This document shows positions 25,701 to 37,900 of a stretch of 64,000 nt of DNA, piece after piece. A program made the position numbers and the translations under genes. The notes beneath the pieces are model-generated. The model was not told where the DNA came from, searched no databases, and saw nothing but the letters and a program-made list of their open reading frames with translations. Numbering within the stretch: the first letter of the stretch is position 1; every line of letters starts with the position of its first letter. The DNA is from Camelus dromedarius. Its lineage: Eukaryota. The stretch is from contig NC_087436.1 of assembly GCF_036321535.1 (NCBI RefSeq), forward strand, positions 2,976,001 to 3,040,000, written 5' to 3'.

Positions 25701-28700
25701 GTCTGTGTCCTAGTGCCGGTTTGAAGTTCCTGCAGTTTTCACTGTAAATCCGAGTTGGAGCTAGTACAACCCATATATATGTATGGAGTGGAGTTTGCTC
25801 CTGAAAAGAAATTTTATGTTCCCAACAACCTAGATGAATTACGGCTTTCACACACACTTATCTCTCAGAACTGAGCATGTGGAGAGACGTTCGTTCATCT
25901 AGCACAAAGGGAACGGGGTGCAGGAGAAACATTTACTCTGGTTTCTGAGTCTGTTTTCTAGTGCCGGTTGAAGTTCCTGCAGTTTTCACTGTAAAACCGA
26001 GTTGGAGCTAGTACCTCCCCATATATATGTATGGAGTGGAGTTTGCAAGTGAAAATAAACTTTGTGTTCCCAAAAAGCTAGGTGAAGGACGGCTTTTACA
26101 CACACTTATCTCTGAGAACTGAGCATGTGGAGAGACGTTTGTTCATCTAGCACAAAGGAAACGGGTTGCAGTAGAAAACTTTACTCTGGTTTCTCAGGCT
26201 GTTTCCTAGTGCCGGTTTGAAGTTCCTGCATTTTTCACTGTAAAACGTAGTTGGAGCTAGTACCTCCCCATATATATGTACGGATTGGAGTTTGCAAGTA
26301 AAAAGAATCTTTGTGTTCCCAACAAGCTAGGTGAAGAATGGCTTTCACACACACTTATCTCCCAGAACTGAGCATGTGGAGAGACGTTCGTTCATCTAGC
26401 ACAAAGGGAACGGGTTGCAGGAGAAAAATTTACTGTGGTTTCTCAGTCTGTTTCGTAGTGCCGGTTTGAAGTTCCTGCAGTTTTCACTGTAAAACCGAGT
26501 TGGGGCTAGTAGCTCTCCATAAATATGTATGGAGTGGAGTTTGCAAGTGAAAAGAATCTTTGTCTTCCCAACAAGCTAGGTAAAGGACGGCTTTCACACA
26601 CACTTATCTCTCAGAACTGTGCATGTGGAGAGACGTTCGTTTATCTAGCAAAAAGGGAACGGGTTGCAGGAGAAACTTTTACTCTGGTTTCACAGTCTGT
26701 TTCCTAGTGCCGTTTTGAATTTCCTGCAGTTTTCACTGAGAAACCGAGTTGGGGCTAGTACCTCCCCATATATATGTATGGAGTGGAGTTTCAACTGAAA
26801 AGAACTTTGTGTTCCCAAAAAGTTAGGTGAAGGACGGCTTCCACACACACTTATCTCTCAGAACTGAGCATGTGGAGAGACGTTCGTTCATCTAGCACAA
26901 AGGGAACGAGTTGCAGGAAAATCTATTACTCTGGCTTCTCAGTCTGTTTCCTAGTGCCGGGTTGAAGTTCCTGCAGTTTTCACTGTAAAACCGAGTAGGG
27001 GCTTGTACCAACCCCTTATATATGTATGGAGTGGAGTTTGCAACTGAAAAGATACTTTGTGTTCCCAACAAGCGATGTGAAGAATGGCTTTCACACACAC
27101 TTATCTCTCAGAACTGAGCATGTGGAGAGACGATCGTCCATGTTTGACAAAGGAAAATGGTTGCAGGAGAAAATTTTCTCTGGTTTCTCAGTCTGTTTCC
27201 TAGTGCCAGTTTGAAGTTCCTACAGTTTTCACTGTAAAACCGAGTTGGAGCTAGTACTTCCCTTATATATTTATGGAGTGGTGTTTGCAACTGAAAAGAA
27301 ACTTTGTGTTCCCAACAAGCTAGGTGAAGGACGGCTTTCACACACACTTATCCCTCAGAACTGAGCATGTGGAGAGACTTTCGTTCATCTAGCAGAAATG
27401 GAACGGGTTGCAGGAGTAACTTTTACTCTGGTTTCTCAGTCTGTTTCCTAGTGCCGGTTTGAAGTTCCTGCAGTTTTCACTGTAAAACCGATTTGGAGCT
27501 AGTACTTCCCCATAAATATGTATGGAGTGGAGTTTGCAACTGAAAAGATTCTTTGTGTTCCAAAAATCTAGGTGAAGGACGGCATTCACACACACTTATC
27601 TCTCAGAACTGAGCATGTGGAGAGACGATCGTTCATCTAGCCAAAATTAACGGGTTGCAGGAGAAACTTTTACTCTGGTTTCTCAGACTGTTTCCTAGTG
27701 CCGGTTTCAAGTTCCTGCATTTTTCACTGTAAAACCGTGTTGGGGCTAGTAGCTCCCCATAAATATGTATGGAGTGGAGTTTGCAAGTGAAAAGAATCTT
27801 TGTCTTCCAAACAAGCTAGGTAAAGGACGGCTTTCACACACAATTATCTCTCAGAAATGAGCATGTGGAGAGACGTTCGTTCATCTAGAAAAAAGGGAAC
27901 GGGTTGCAGGAGAAACTTTTACTCTGGTTTCACAGTCTGTTTCCTAGTGCCGTTTTGAATTTTCTGCAGTTTTCACTGATAAACCGAGTTATGGCTAGTA
28001 CCTCCACATATATATGTATGGAGTGGAGTTTCAACTGAAAAGAACTTTGTGTTTCCAACAACTAAGTTGAAGGACGGCTTCCAAACACACTTATCTCTCA
28101 GAACTGTGCATGTGGAGAGACGTTTGTTCATCTAGCACAAAGGAAACGGGTTGCAGTAGAAAATTTTACTCTGGTTTCTCAGTATGTTTCCTAGTGCCGG
28201 TTTGAAGTTCCTGCAGTTTTCACTATAAAACATAGTTGGAGCTAGTACCACCCCATATATATGTATGCAGTGGAGTTTGCAAGTGATAAGAAACTTTGTG
28301 TTCCCAAAAAGCTAGGTGAAGGACGGCTTTCACACACACTTATCTCTGAGAACTGAGCATGTGGAGAGACGTTCGTTCATCTAGCACAAAGGGAACGGTT
28401 TGCAGGAGAAACTTTTACTCTGGTTTCTCAGTCTGTTTCCTAGTGCCGGTTTGAAGTTCCTGCAGTTTTCACTGTAAAAGTGAGTTGTTGCTTGTACCTC
28501 CCCATATATATATATGGAGTGGAGTTTGCAAATGAAAAGAAACTTTGTGTTCCCAACAAGCTACGTGAAGGACGGCTTTCACACACAATTATCTCTCAGA
28601 ACTGAGCATGTGGAGAGACGTTTGTTCATCTAGCACAAAGGAAACGGGTTGCATGAGAAACTTTTACTCTGGTTTCTCAGACTGTTTCCTAGTGCCGGTA

Positions 28701-31700
28701 AGAAGTTCCTGCAGTTTTCACTGTAAAACCGAGTTGGAGCTAGTACCTAACCATATATATGTATGGAGTGAATTTTGCAACTGAAAAGAAACTTTGTGCA
28801 CCCAAAAAGCTAGGTGAAGTACGACATTCACACACACGTATCCCTCAGAACTGAGCATGTGGCGAGACGTTCGTTCATGCGCACAAAGGGAACTTGTTGC
28901 AGGAGAAACTTTTACTCTGGCTTCTCAGTCTGTTTCCTAGTGCCGGTTTGAAGTTCCTGCAGATTTCACTGTAAAACAGAGTTGTGGCTTGTACCTCCCC
29001 ATATATATGTATGGATTGGAGTTTGCAAATGAAAACAAACTTTGTGTTCCCAACAAGCTATGTGAAGGACGGCTTTCACACACACTTATCTCTCAGAACT
29101 GAGCATGTGGAGAGACGTTCGTTCATCTAGCACAAAGGAAACGGGTTGCAGTAGAAAACTTTACTCTGGTTTCTCAGGCTGTTTCCTAGTGCCTTTTTGA
29201 AGTTCCTGCATTTTTCAGTGTAAAACGTATTTGGAGCTAGTACCTCCCCATATATATGTATGGATTGGAGTTTGCAAGTGAAAAGAAACTTTGTGTTCCC
29301 AACAAGCTAGGTGAAGGATGGCTTTCACACACACTTATCTCCCAGAACTGAGCATGTGGAGAGACGTTCGTTCAATTAGCACAAAAGGAACGGGTTGCAG
29401 GAGAAAATTTTACTGTGGTTTCTCAGTCTGTTTCGTAGTGCCGGTTTGAAGTTCCTGCAGTTTTCACTGTAAAACCGAGTTGGGGTTGCAGCTCCCCATA
29501 AATATGTATGGAGTGGAGTTTGCAAGTGAAAAGAATCTTTGTCTTCCCAACAAGCCTGGTGAAGGACGGCTTTCACACACACTTATCTCTCAGAACTGAG
29601 CATGTGGAGAGACGTTCGTTCATCTAGCACAAAGGGAACGGGTTGCAGGAGAAACTTTTACTCTGGTTTCTCAGTCTGTTTCCTAGTGCCGGTTTGAATT
29701 CCCTGCAGTTTTCACTGTAAAACCGAGTTGGAGCTAGTACTTCCCCATAAATATGTATGGAGTGGGGTTTGCAACTGAAAAGATACTTTGTGTTCCCAAA
29801 AAGCTAGGTGAAGGACGGCATTCACACACACTTATCTCTCAGAACTGAGCATGTGGAGAGACGATCGTTCATCTAGCCAAAAGGAACGGGTTGCAGGAGA
29901 AACTTTTACTCTGGTTTCTCAGACTGTTTCCTAGTGCCGGTTTGAAGTTCCTGCAGTTTTCACTGTAAAACCGAGTTGGAGCTAGTACCTAAACATATAT
30001 AAGTATGGAGTGAATTTTGCAACTGAAAAGAAACTTTATGCTCCCAACAAGCTAGTTGAAGTACGACATTCACACACACGTATCTCTCAGAACTGAGAAT
30101 GTGGAGAGACGTTCGTTCATCTAGCACAAAGGGAACGGGTTGCAGGAGAAACATTTACTCTGGTTTCTCAGTCTATTTCCTAGTGCCGGTTTGAAGTTCC
30201 TGCAGTTTTCACTGTAAAACCGAGTTGTGGCTTGTACCTCCCCATATATATGTATGGAGTGGAGTTTGCAAATGAAAAAACTTTGTGATCCCAACAAGCT
30301 ATATGAAGGACGGCTTTCACACACACTTATCTCTCAGAACTGAGCATGTGGAGAGTCATTCGTTCAGCTAGCAGAAAGGGAACGGGTTGCAGGAGAAAAT
30401 TTTACTCTGGTTTCTCAGGCTGTTTCCTAGTGCCGGTTTGAAGTTCCTGCATTTTTCCCTGTAAAACGTAGTTGGAGCTAGTACCTCCCCATATATATGT
30501 ATGGAGTGGAGTTTGCAAGTGAAAAGAAACTTTGTGTTCCCAACAAGCTAGGTGAAGGATGGCTTTCACACACACATATCTCCCAGAACTGAGCATGTGG
30601 AGAGACGTTCGTTCATCTAGCAAAAAGGGAACAGGTTGCAAGGGAAAATTTTACTGTGGTTTCTCAGTCTGTTTCGTAGTGCCGGTTTGAAGTTCCTGCA
30701 GTTTTCACTGTAAAACCGTGTTGGGGCTAGTAGCTCCCCATAAATATGTATGGAGTGGAGTTTGCAAGTGAAAAGAATCTTTGTCTTCCAAACAAGCAAG
30801 GTAAAGGACGGCTTTCACACACAATTATCTCTCAGAAATGAGCATGTGGAGAGACGTTCTTTCATCTAGAAAAAAGGGAACGGGTTGCAGGAGAAACTTT
30901 TACTCTGGTTTCACAGACTGTTTTCTAGTGCCGTTTTGAATTTTCTGCATTTTTCACTGAGAAACCGAGTTGGGGCTAGTACCTCCCCATATATATGTAT
31001 GGAGTGGTGTTTCAACTGAAAAGAACTTTGTTTTCCCAACAACTAAGTTGAAGGAAGGCTTCCAAACACACTTATCTCTCAGAACTGTGCATGTGGAGAG
31101 ACGTTTGTTCATCTAGCACAAAGGAAACGGGTTGCAGTAGAAAATTTTACTCTGGTTTCTCAGTCTGTTTCCTAGTGCTGGTTTCAAGTTCGTGCAGTTT
31201 TCACTATAAAACCGAGTTGGAGCTAGTACCTCCCCATATATATGTATGGAGTGGAGTTTGCACCTGAAAAGAAATTTTGTGTTCCAAACAACCTAGATGA
31301 ATTACGGCTTTCACACACACTTACCTCTCAGAACTGAGCATGTGGAGAGACGTTCGTTCATCTAGCACAAAGGGAACGGTTTGCAGGAGAAACTTTTACT
31401 CTGGTTTCTCAGTCTGTTTCGTAGTCCCGGTTTGAAGTTCCTGCAGTTTTCACTGTAAAACCGAGTTGGGGCTAGCAGCTCCCCATAAATATGTATGGAG
31501 TGGAGTTTGCAAGTGAAAAGAATCTTTGTGCACCCAACAAGCTAGGTGAAGAATGGCTTTCACACACACGTATCTCTCAGAACTGAGCATGTGGAGAGAC
31601 GTTCGTTCATCTAGCAAAAAGGGAACGGGTTGCAGGAGAAACTTTTACTCTGGTTTCACAGTCTGTTTCCTAGTGCCGTTTTGAATTTCCTGCAGTTTTC

Positions 31701-32149
31701 ACTGAGAAACCGAGTTGGGGCTAGTACCTCCCCATATATATGTATGGAGTGGAGTTTCAACTGAAAAGAACTTTGTGTTCCCAACAAGTTAGGTGAAGGA
31801 CGGCTTCCACACACATTTATCTCTCAGAACTGTGCATGTGGAGAGATGTTTGTTCATCTAGCACAAAGGAAAAGGGTTGCAGTAGAAAATTTTACTCTGG
31901 TTTCTCAGTCTGTTTCCTAGTGCCGGTTTGAAGTTCCTGCAGTTTTCACTATAAAACCGAGTTGGAGCTAGTACCTCCCCATATATATGTATGGAGTGTA
32001 GTTTGCAAGTGAAAAGAAACTTTGTGTTCCCAAAAAGCTAGGTGAAGGACGGCTTTTACACACACATATCTCTCAGAACTGAGCATGTGGAGAGACGTTC
32101 GTTCATCTAGCACAAAGGGAACGGTTTGCAGGAGAAAATATTACTCTGG

Positions 32150-34900
32150 TTTCCCAGTCTGTTTCCTAGTGCCGGTTTGATGTTCCTGCAGTTTTCACTG
32201 TAGAACCGAGTTGCAGCTAGTACCTCCCCATATATATGTATGGATTGGAGTTTGAAAGTGAAAAGAATCTTTGTGTTCCGAAAAGCTAGGTGAAGGACGG
32301 CTTTCACACACACATATCTCTCAGAAATGAGCATGTGGAGAGACGTTCGTTCATCTAGCAAAAAGTAAACGGGTGGCAGGAGAAACTTTTACTCTGGTTT
32401 CTCAGTCTGTTTCCTAGTGCTGGTTTGAAGTTCCTGCAGTTTACACTGTAAACCGAGTTGGAGCTTGTACCTCCCCATATATATGTATGGAGTGGAGTTT
32501 GCAACTGAAAAGAAACTTTATGTTCCCAACAAGCTAGGTGAAGGACGACTTTCACACACACTTATCTCTCAGAACTGAGCATGTGGAGAGACGTTCGTTC
32601 ATCTAGCACAAAGTGAACGAGTTGCAGGAGAATCTATTACTCTGGCTTCTCAGTCTGTTTCCTAGTGCCGGGTTGAAGTTCCTGCAGATTTCACTGTAAA
32701 ACCGAGTTGGGGCTTGTACCAACCCCTTATATATGTATGGAGTGGAGTTTGCAACTGAAAAGATACTTTGTGTTCCCAACAAGCTAGGTGAAGGACGGTT
32801 TCACACACACTTATCTCTCAGAACTGAGCATGTGGAGAGACTTTCGTTCATCTAGGAAAAAGGGAATGGGTTGCAGGTGTAACTTTTACTCTGGTTTCTC
32901 AGTCTGTTTCCTAGTGCCGGTTTGATGTTCCTGCAGTTTTCACTGTAAAACCGAGTTGGAGCTAGTACTTCCCAATAAATATGTTTGGAGTGGAGTTTGC
33001 AACTGAAAAGATACTTTTTGTTTCCAAAAAGATAGGTGAAGGACGGCTTTCACACACACTTATCTCTCAGAACTGAGCATGTGGAGAGACGTTCGTTCAT
33101 CTAGCCTAAATAACGGGTTGCAGGAGAAACTTTAACTCTGGTTTCTCAGTCTGTTTCCTAGTGCCGGTTTGAACTTCCTGCAGTTTTCACTCTAAAACAG
33201 ATTTGGAGTTAGTACTTCCCCATATATATTTATGGAGTGGGGTTTGCAACTGAAAAGAAACTTTGTGTTCCCAACAAGCTAGGTGAAGGACGGTTTTCAC
33301 ACACACTTATCTCTCAGAACTGAGCATGTGTAGAGACTTTCGTTCATCTAGGAAAAAGGGAATGGGTTGCAGGTGTAACTTTTACTCTGGTTTCTCAGTC
33401 TGTTTCCTAGTGCCGGTTTGATGTTCCTGCAGTTTTCACTGTAGAACCGAGTTGCAGCTAGTACCTCCCCATATATATGTATGGATTGGAGTTTGAAAGT
33501 GAAAAGAATCTTTGTGTTCCGAAAAGCTAGGTGAAGGACGGCTTTCACACACACATATCTCTCAGAAATGAGCATGTGGAGAGACGTTCGTTCATCTAGC
33601 AAAAAGTAAACGGGTGGCAGGAGAAACTTTTACTCTGGTTTCTCAGTCTGTTTCCTAGTGCTGGTTTGAAGTTCCTGCAGTTTTCACTGTAAACCGAGTT
33701 GGAGCTTGTACCTCCCCATATATATGTATGGAGTGGAGTTTGCAACTGAAAAGAAACTTTATGTTCCCAACAAGCTAGGTGAAGGACGACTTTCACACAC
33801 ACTTATCTCTCAGAACTGAGCATGTGGAGAGACGTTCGTTCATCTAGCACAAAGTGAACGAGTTGCAGGAGAATCTATTACTCTGGCTTCTCAGTCTGTT
33901 TCCTAGTGCCGGGTTGAAGTTCCTGCAGATTTCACTGTAAAACCGAGTTGGGGCTTGTACCAACCCCTTATATATGTATGGAGTGGAGTTTGCAACTGAA
34001 AAGATACTTTGTGTTCCCAACAAGCTAGGTGAAGGACGGCTTTCACACACACTTATCTCTCAGAACTGAGCATGTGGAGAGACTTTCGTTCATCTAGGAA
34101 AAAGGGAATGGGTTGCAGGTGTAACTTTTACTCTGGTTTCTCAGTCTGTTTCCTAGTGCCGGTTTGATGTTCCTGCAGTTTTCACTGTAAAACCGAGTTG
34201 GAGCTAGTACTTCCCAATAAATATGTTTGGAGTGGAGTTTGCAACTGAAAAGATACTTTTTGTTTCCAAAAAGATAGGTGAAGGACGGCTTTCACACACA
34301 CTTATCTCTCAGAACTGAGCATGTGGAGAGACGTTCGTTCATCTAGCCTAAATAACGGGTTGCAGGAGAAACTTTAACTCTGGTTTCTCAGTCTGTTTCC
34401 TAGTGCCGGTTTGAACTTCCTGCAGTTTTCACTCTAAAACAGATTTGGAGTTAGTACTTCCCCATATATATTTATGGAGTGGGGTTTGCAACTGAAAAGA
34501 AACTTTGTGTTCCCAACAAGCTAGGTGAAGGACGGTTTTCACACACACTTATCTCTCAGAACTGAGCATGTGTAGAGACTTTCGTTCATCTAGGAAAAAG
34601 GGAATGGGTTGCAGGTGTAACTTTTACTCTGGTTTCTCAGTCTGTTTCCTAGTGCCGGTTTGATGTTCCTGCAGTTTTCACTGTAAAACCGAGTTGGAGC
34701 TAGTACTTCCCAATAAATATGTTTGGAGTGGAGTTTGCAACTGAAAAGATACTTTTTGTTTCCAAAAAGATAGGTGAAGGACGGCTTTCACACACACTTA
34801 TCTCTCAGAACTGAGCATGTGGAGAGACGTTCGTTCAACTAGCCTAAATAACGGGTTGCAGGAGAAACTTTAACTCTGGTTTCTCAGTCTGTTTCCTAGT
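32150..34900 (+). repeat. 5-monomer (1241 bp) tandem duplication containing a 2-monomer (~497 bp) stutter
   Basis: ORF pairs 32107/33348 and 32355/33596 have offset 1241. The 'ctaggaaaaagggaatgggttgcaggtgtaac' monomer occurs at ~32853, 33348, 34094 and 34590. Confidence 0.85.
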
Positions 34901-37900
34901 GCCGGTTTGAAGTTCCTGCAGTTTTCACTGTAAAACCGAGTTGGAGCTAGTACCTAACCATATATATGCATGGAGTGAAGTTTGCAACTGAAAAGAAACT
35001 TTGTGTACCCAACAAGCTAGGTGAAGGACGACTTTCACACACACGTATCTCTCAGAACTGTGCATTTGGAGAGACGTTCTTTCATCTAGCACAAATGGAA
35101 CGGGTTGCAGGAGAAACTTTTACTCTGGTTTCTCAGTCTGTTTCCTAGTGCCGGTTTGAAGTTCCTGCAGTTTTCACTGTAAAACCGAGTTGGAGCTAGT
35201 ACTTCCCCATAAATATGTATGGAGTGGAGTTTGCAACTGAAAAGATACTTTGTGTTCCCAAAAAGCTAGGTGAATTACGGCTTTCACACACACGTATCTC
35301 TCAGAACTGAGCATGTGGAGAGACGTTCCTTAATCTAGCACAAATGGAACGGGTTGCAGGAGAAACTTTTCTTCTGGATTCTCAGTCTGTTTCCCAGTGC
35401 CGGTTTGAAGTTCCTGCAGATTTCACTGTAAAACCGAGTTGGAGCTAGTACTTCCCCATAAATATATATGGAGTGGAGTTTGCAACTGAAAAGATACTTT
35501 GTTTTCCCAAAAAGCTAGGTGAAGGACGGCTTTCACACAAACTTATCTCTCAGAACTGAGCATGTGGAGAGACGATCGTTCATCTAGGCAAAAGGAACGG
35601 GTTGCAGGAGAAACTTTACTCTGGTTTCTCAGACTGTTTCCTAGTGCCAGTTTGAAGTTCCTGCAGTTTTCACTGTAAAACCGAGGTGGAGCTAGTACCT
35701 AACCATATATATGTGTGGAGTGAAGTTTGCAACTGAAAAGAAACTTTGTGTACCCAACAAGCTAGGTGAAGTACGACATTCACACGCACGTATCTCTCAG
35801 AACTGAGCATGTGGAGAGACGTTCACTCATCTAGCACAAAGGGAACGGGTTGCAGGAAAAACTTTTACTCTGGTTTCTCAGTCTGTTTCGTATTGCCGGT
35901 TTGAATTTCCTACAGTTTTCACTGTAAAACAGAGTTGGGGCTAGTAGCTCCCCATAAATATTTATGGAGTGGAGTTTGCATCTGAAAAGAAACTTTGTGT
36001 TCCTAACAAGCTAGGTGAAGGACGGCTTTCACACACACTTATCTCTCAGAACTGAGCATGTGGAGAGACGTTTGTTCATCTAGCACAAAGGGAACGGGTT
36101 GCAGTAGAAAACATTACTCTGGTTTCTCAGGCTGTTTCCTAGTGCCGGTTTGAAGTTCCTGCATTTTTCACTGTAAAACGTAGTTGGAGCTAGTACCTCC
36201 CCATATATATGTACGGATTGGAGTTTGCAAGTAAAAAGAATCTTTGTGTTCCCAACAAGCTAGGTGAAGAATGGCTTTCACACACACTTATCTCCCAGAA
36301 CTGAGCATGTGGAGAGACGTTCAATCATCTAGCACAAAGGGAACGGGTTGCAGGAGAAAAATTTACTGTGGTTTCTCAGTCTGTTTCGTAGTGCCGGTTT
36401 GAAGTTCCTGCAGTTTTCACTGTAAAACCGAGTTGGGGCTAGTAGCTCCCCATAAATATGTATGGAGTGGAGTTTGCAAGTGAAAAGAATCTTTGTCTTC
36501 CCAACAAGCTAGGTAAAGGATGGCTTTCACACACACTTATCTCTCAGAAATTAGCATGTGGAGAGACGTTCGTTCATCTACCAAAAAGGGAACGGGTTGC
36601 AGGAGAAACTTTTACTCTGGTATCACAGTCTGTTTCCTAGTGCCGTTTTGAATTTCCTGCAGTTTTCACTGAGAAACCGAGTTGGGGCTAGTACCTCCCC
36701 ATATATATGTATGGAGTGGTGTTTCAACTGAAAAGAACTTTGTGTTCCCAAAAAGTTAGGTGAAGGACGGCTTCCACACACACTTATCTCTCAGAACTGT
36801 GCATGTGGAGAGACGTTTGTTCATCTAGCACAAAGGAAAAGGGTTGCAGTAGAAAATTTTACTCTGGTTTCTCAGTCTGTTTCCTAGTGCCGGTTTGAAG
36901 TTCCTGCAGTTTTCACTATAAAACCGAGTTGGAGCTAGTACCTCCCCATATATATGTATGGAGTGGAGTTTGCACCTGAAAAGAAACTTTGTGTTCCCAA
37001 CAAGCTAGGTGAATTACGGCTTTCACACACACTTATCTCTCAGAACTGAGCATGTGGAGAGACGTTCGTTCATCTAGCACAAAGGGAACGGGGTGCAGGA
37101 GAAACATTTACTCTGGTTTCTCAGTCTGTTTTCTAGTGCCGGTTGAAGTTCCTGCAGTTTTCACTGTAAAACCGAGTTGGAGCTACTACCTCCACATATA
37201 TATGTATGGAGTGTAGTTTTCAAGTGAAAAGAAACTTTGTGTTCCCAAAAAGCTAGGTGAAGGACGGCTTTTACACACACATATCTCTCAGAACTGAGCA
37301 TGTGGAGAGACGTTCCTTCATCTAGCACAAAGGGAACGGTTTGCAGGAGAAAATATTACTCTGGTTTCCCAGTCTGTTTCCTAGTGCCGGTTTGATGTTC
37401 CTGCATTTTTCACTGTAGAACCGAGTTGGAGCTAGTACCTCCCCATATATATGTATGGAGTGGAGTTTGCAACTGAAAAGAAACTTTATGTTCCCAACAA
37501 GCTAGGTGAAGGACGACTTTCACACACACTTATCTCTCAGAACTGAGCATGTGGAGAGACGTTCGTTCATCTAGCACAAAGGGAACGAGTTGCAGGAGAA
37601 TCTATTACTCTGGCTTCTCAGTCTGTTTCCTAGTGCCGGGTTGAAGTTCCTGCAGATTTCACTGTAAAACCGAGTTGGGGCTTGTACCAACCCCTTATAT
37701 ATGTATGGAGTGGAGTTTGCAACTGAAAAGATACTTTGTGTTCCCAACAAGCTAGGTGAAGGACGGCTTTCACACACACTTATCTCTCAGAACTGAGCAT
37801 GTTGAGAGATGTTCGTTCATCTAGCAAAAAGAGAACGGGTTGCAGGAGAATCTTTTACTCTGGTTTCTCAGTCTGATTCCTAATGCCGGTTTGAACTTCC

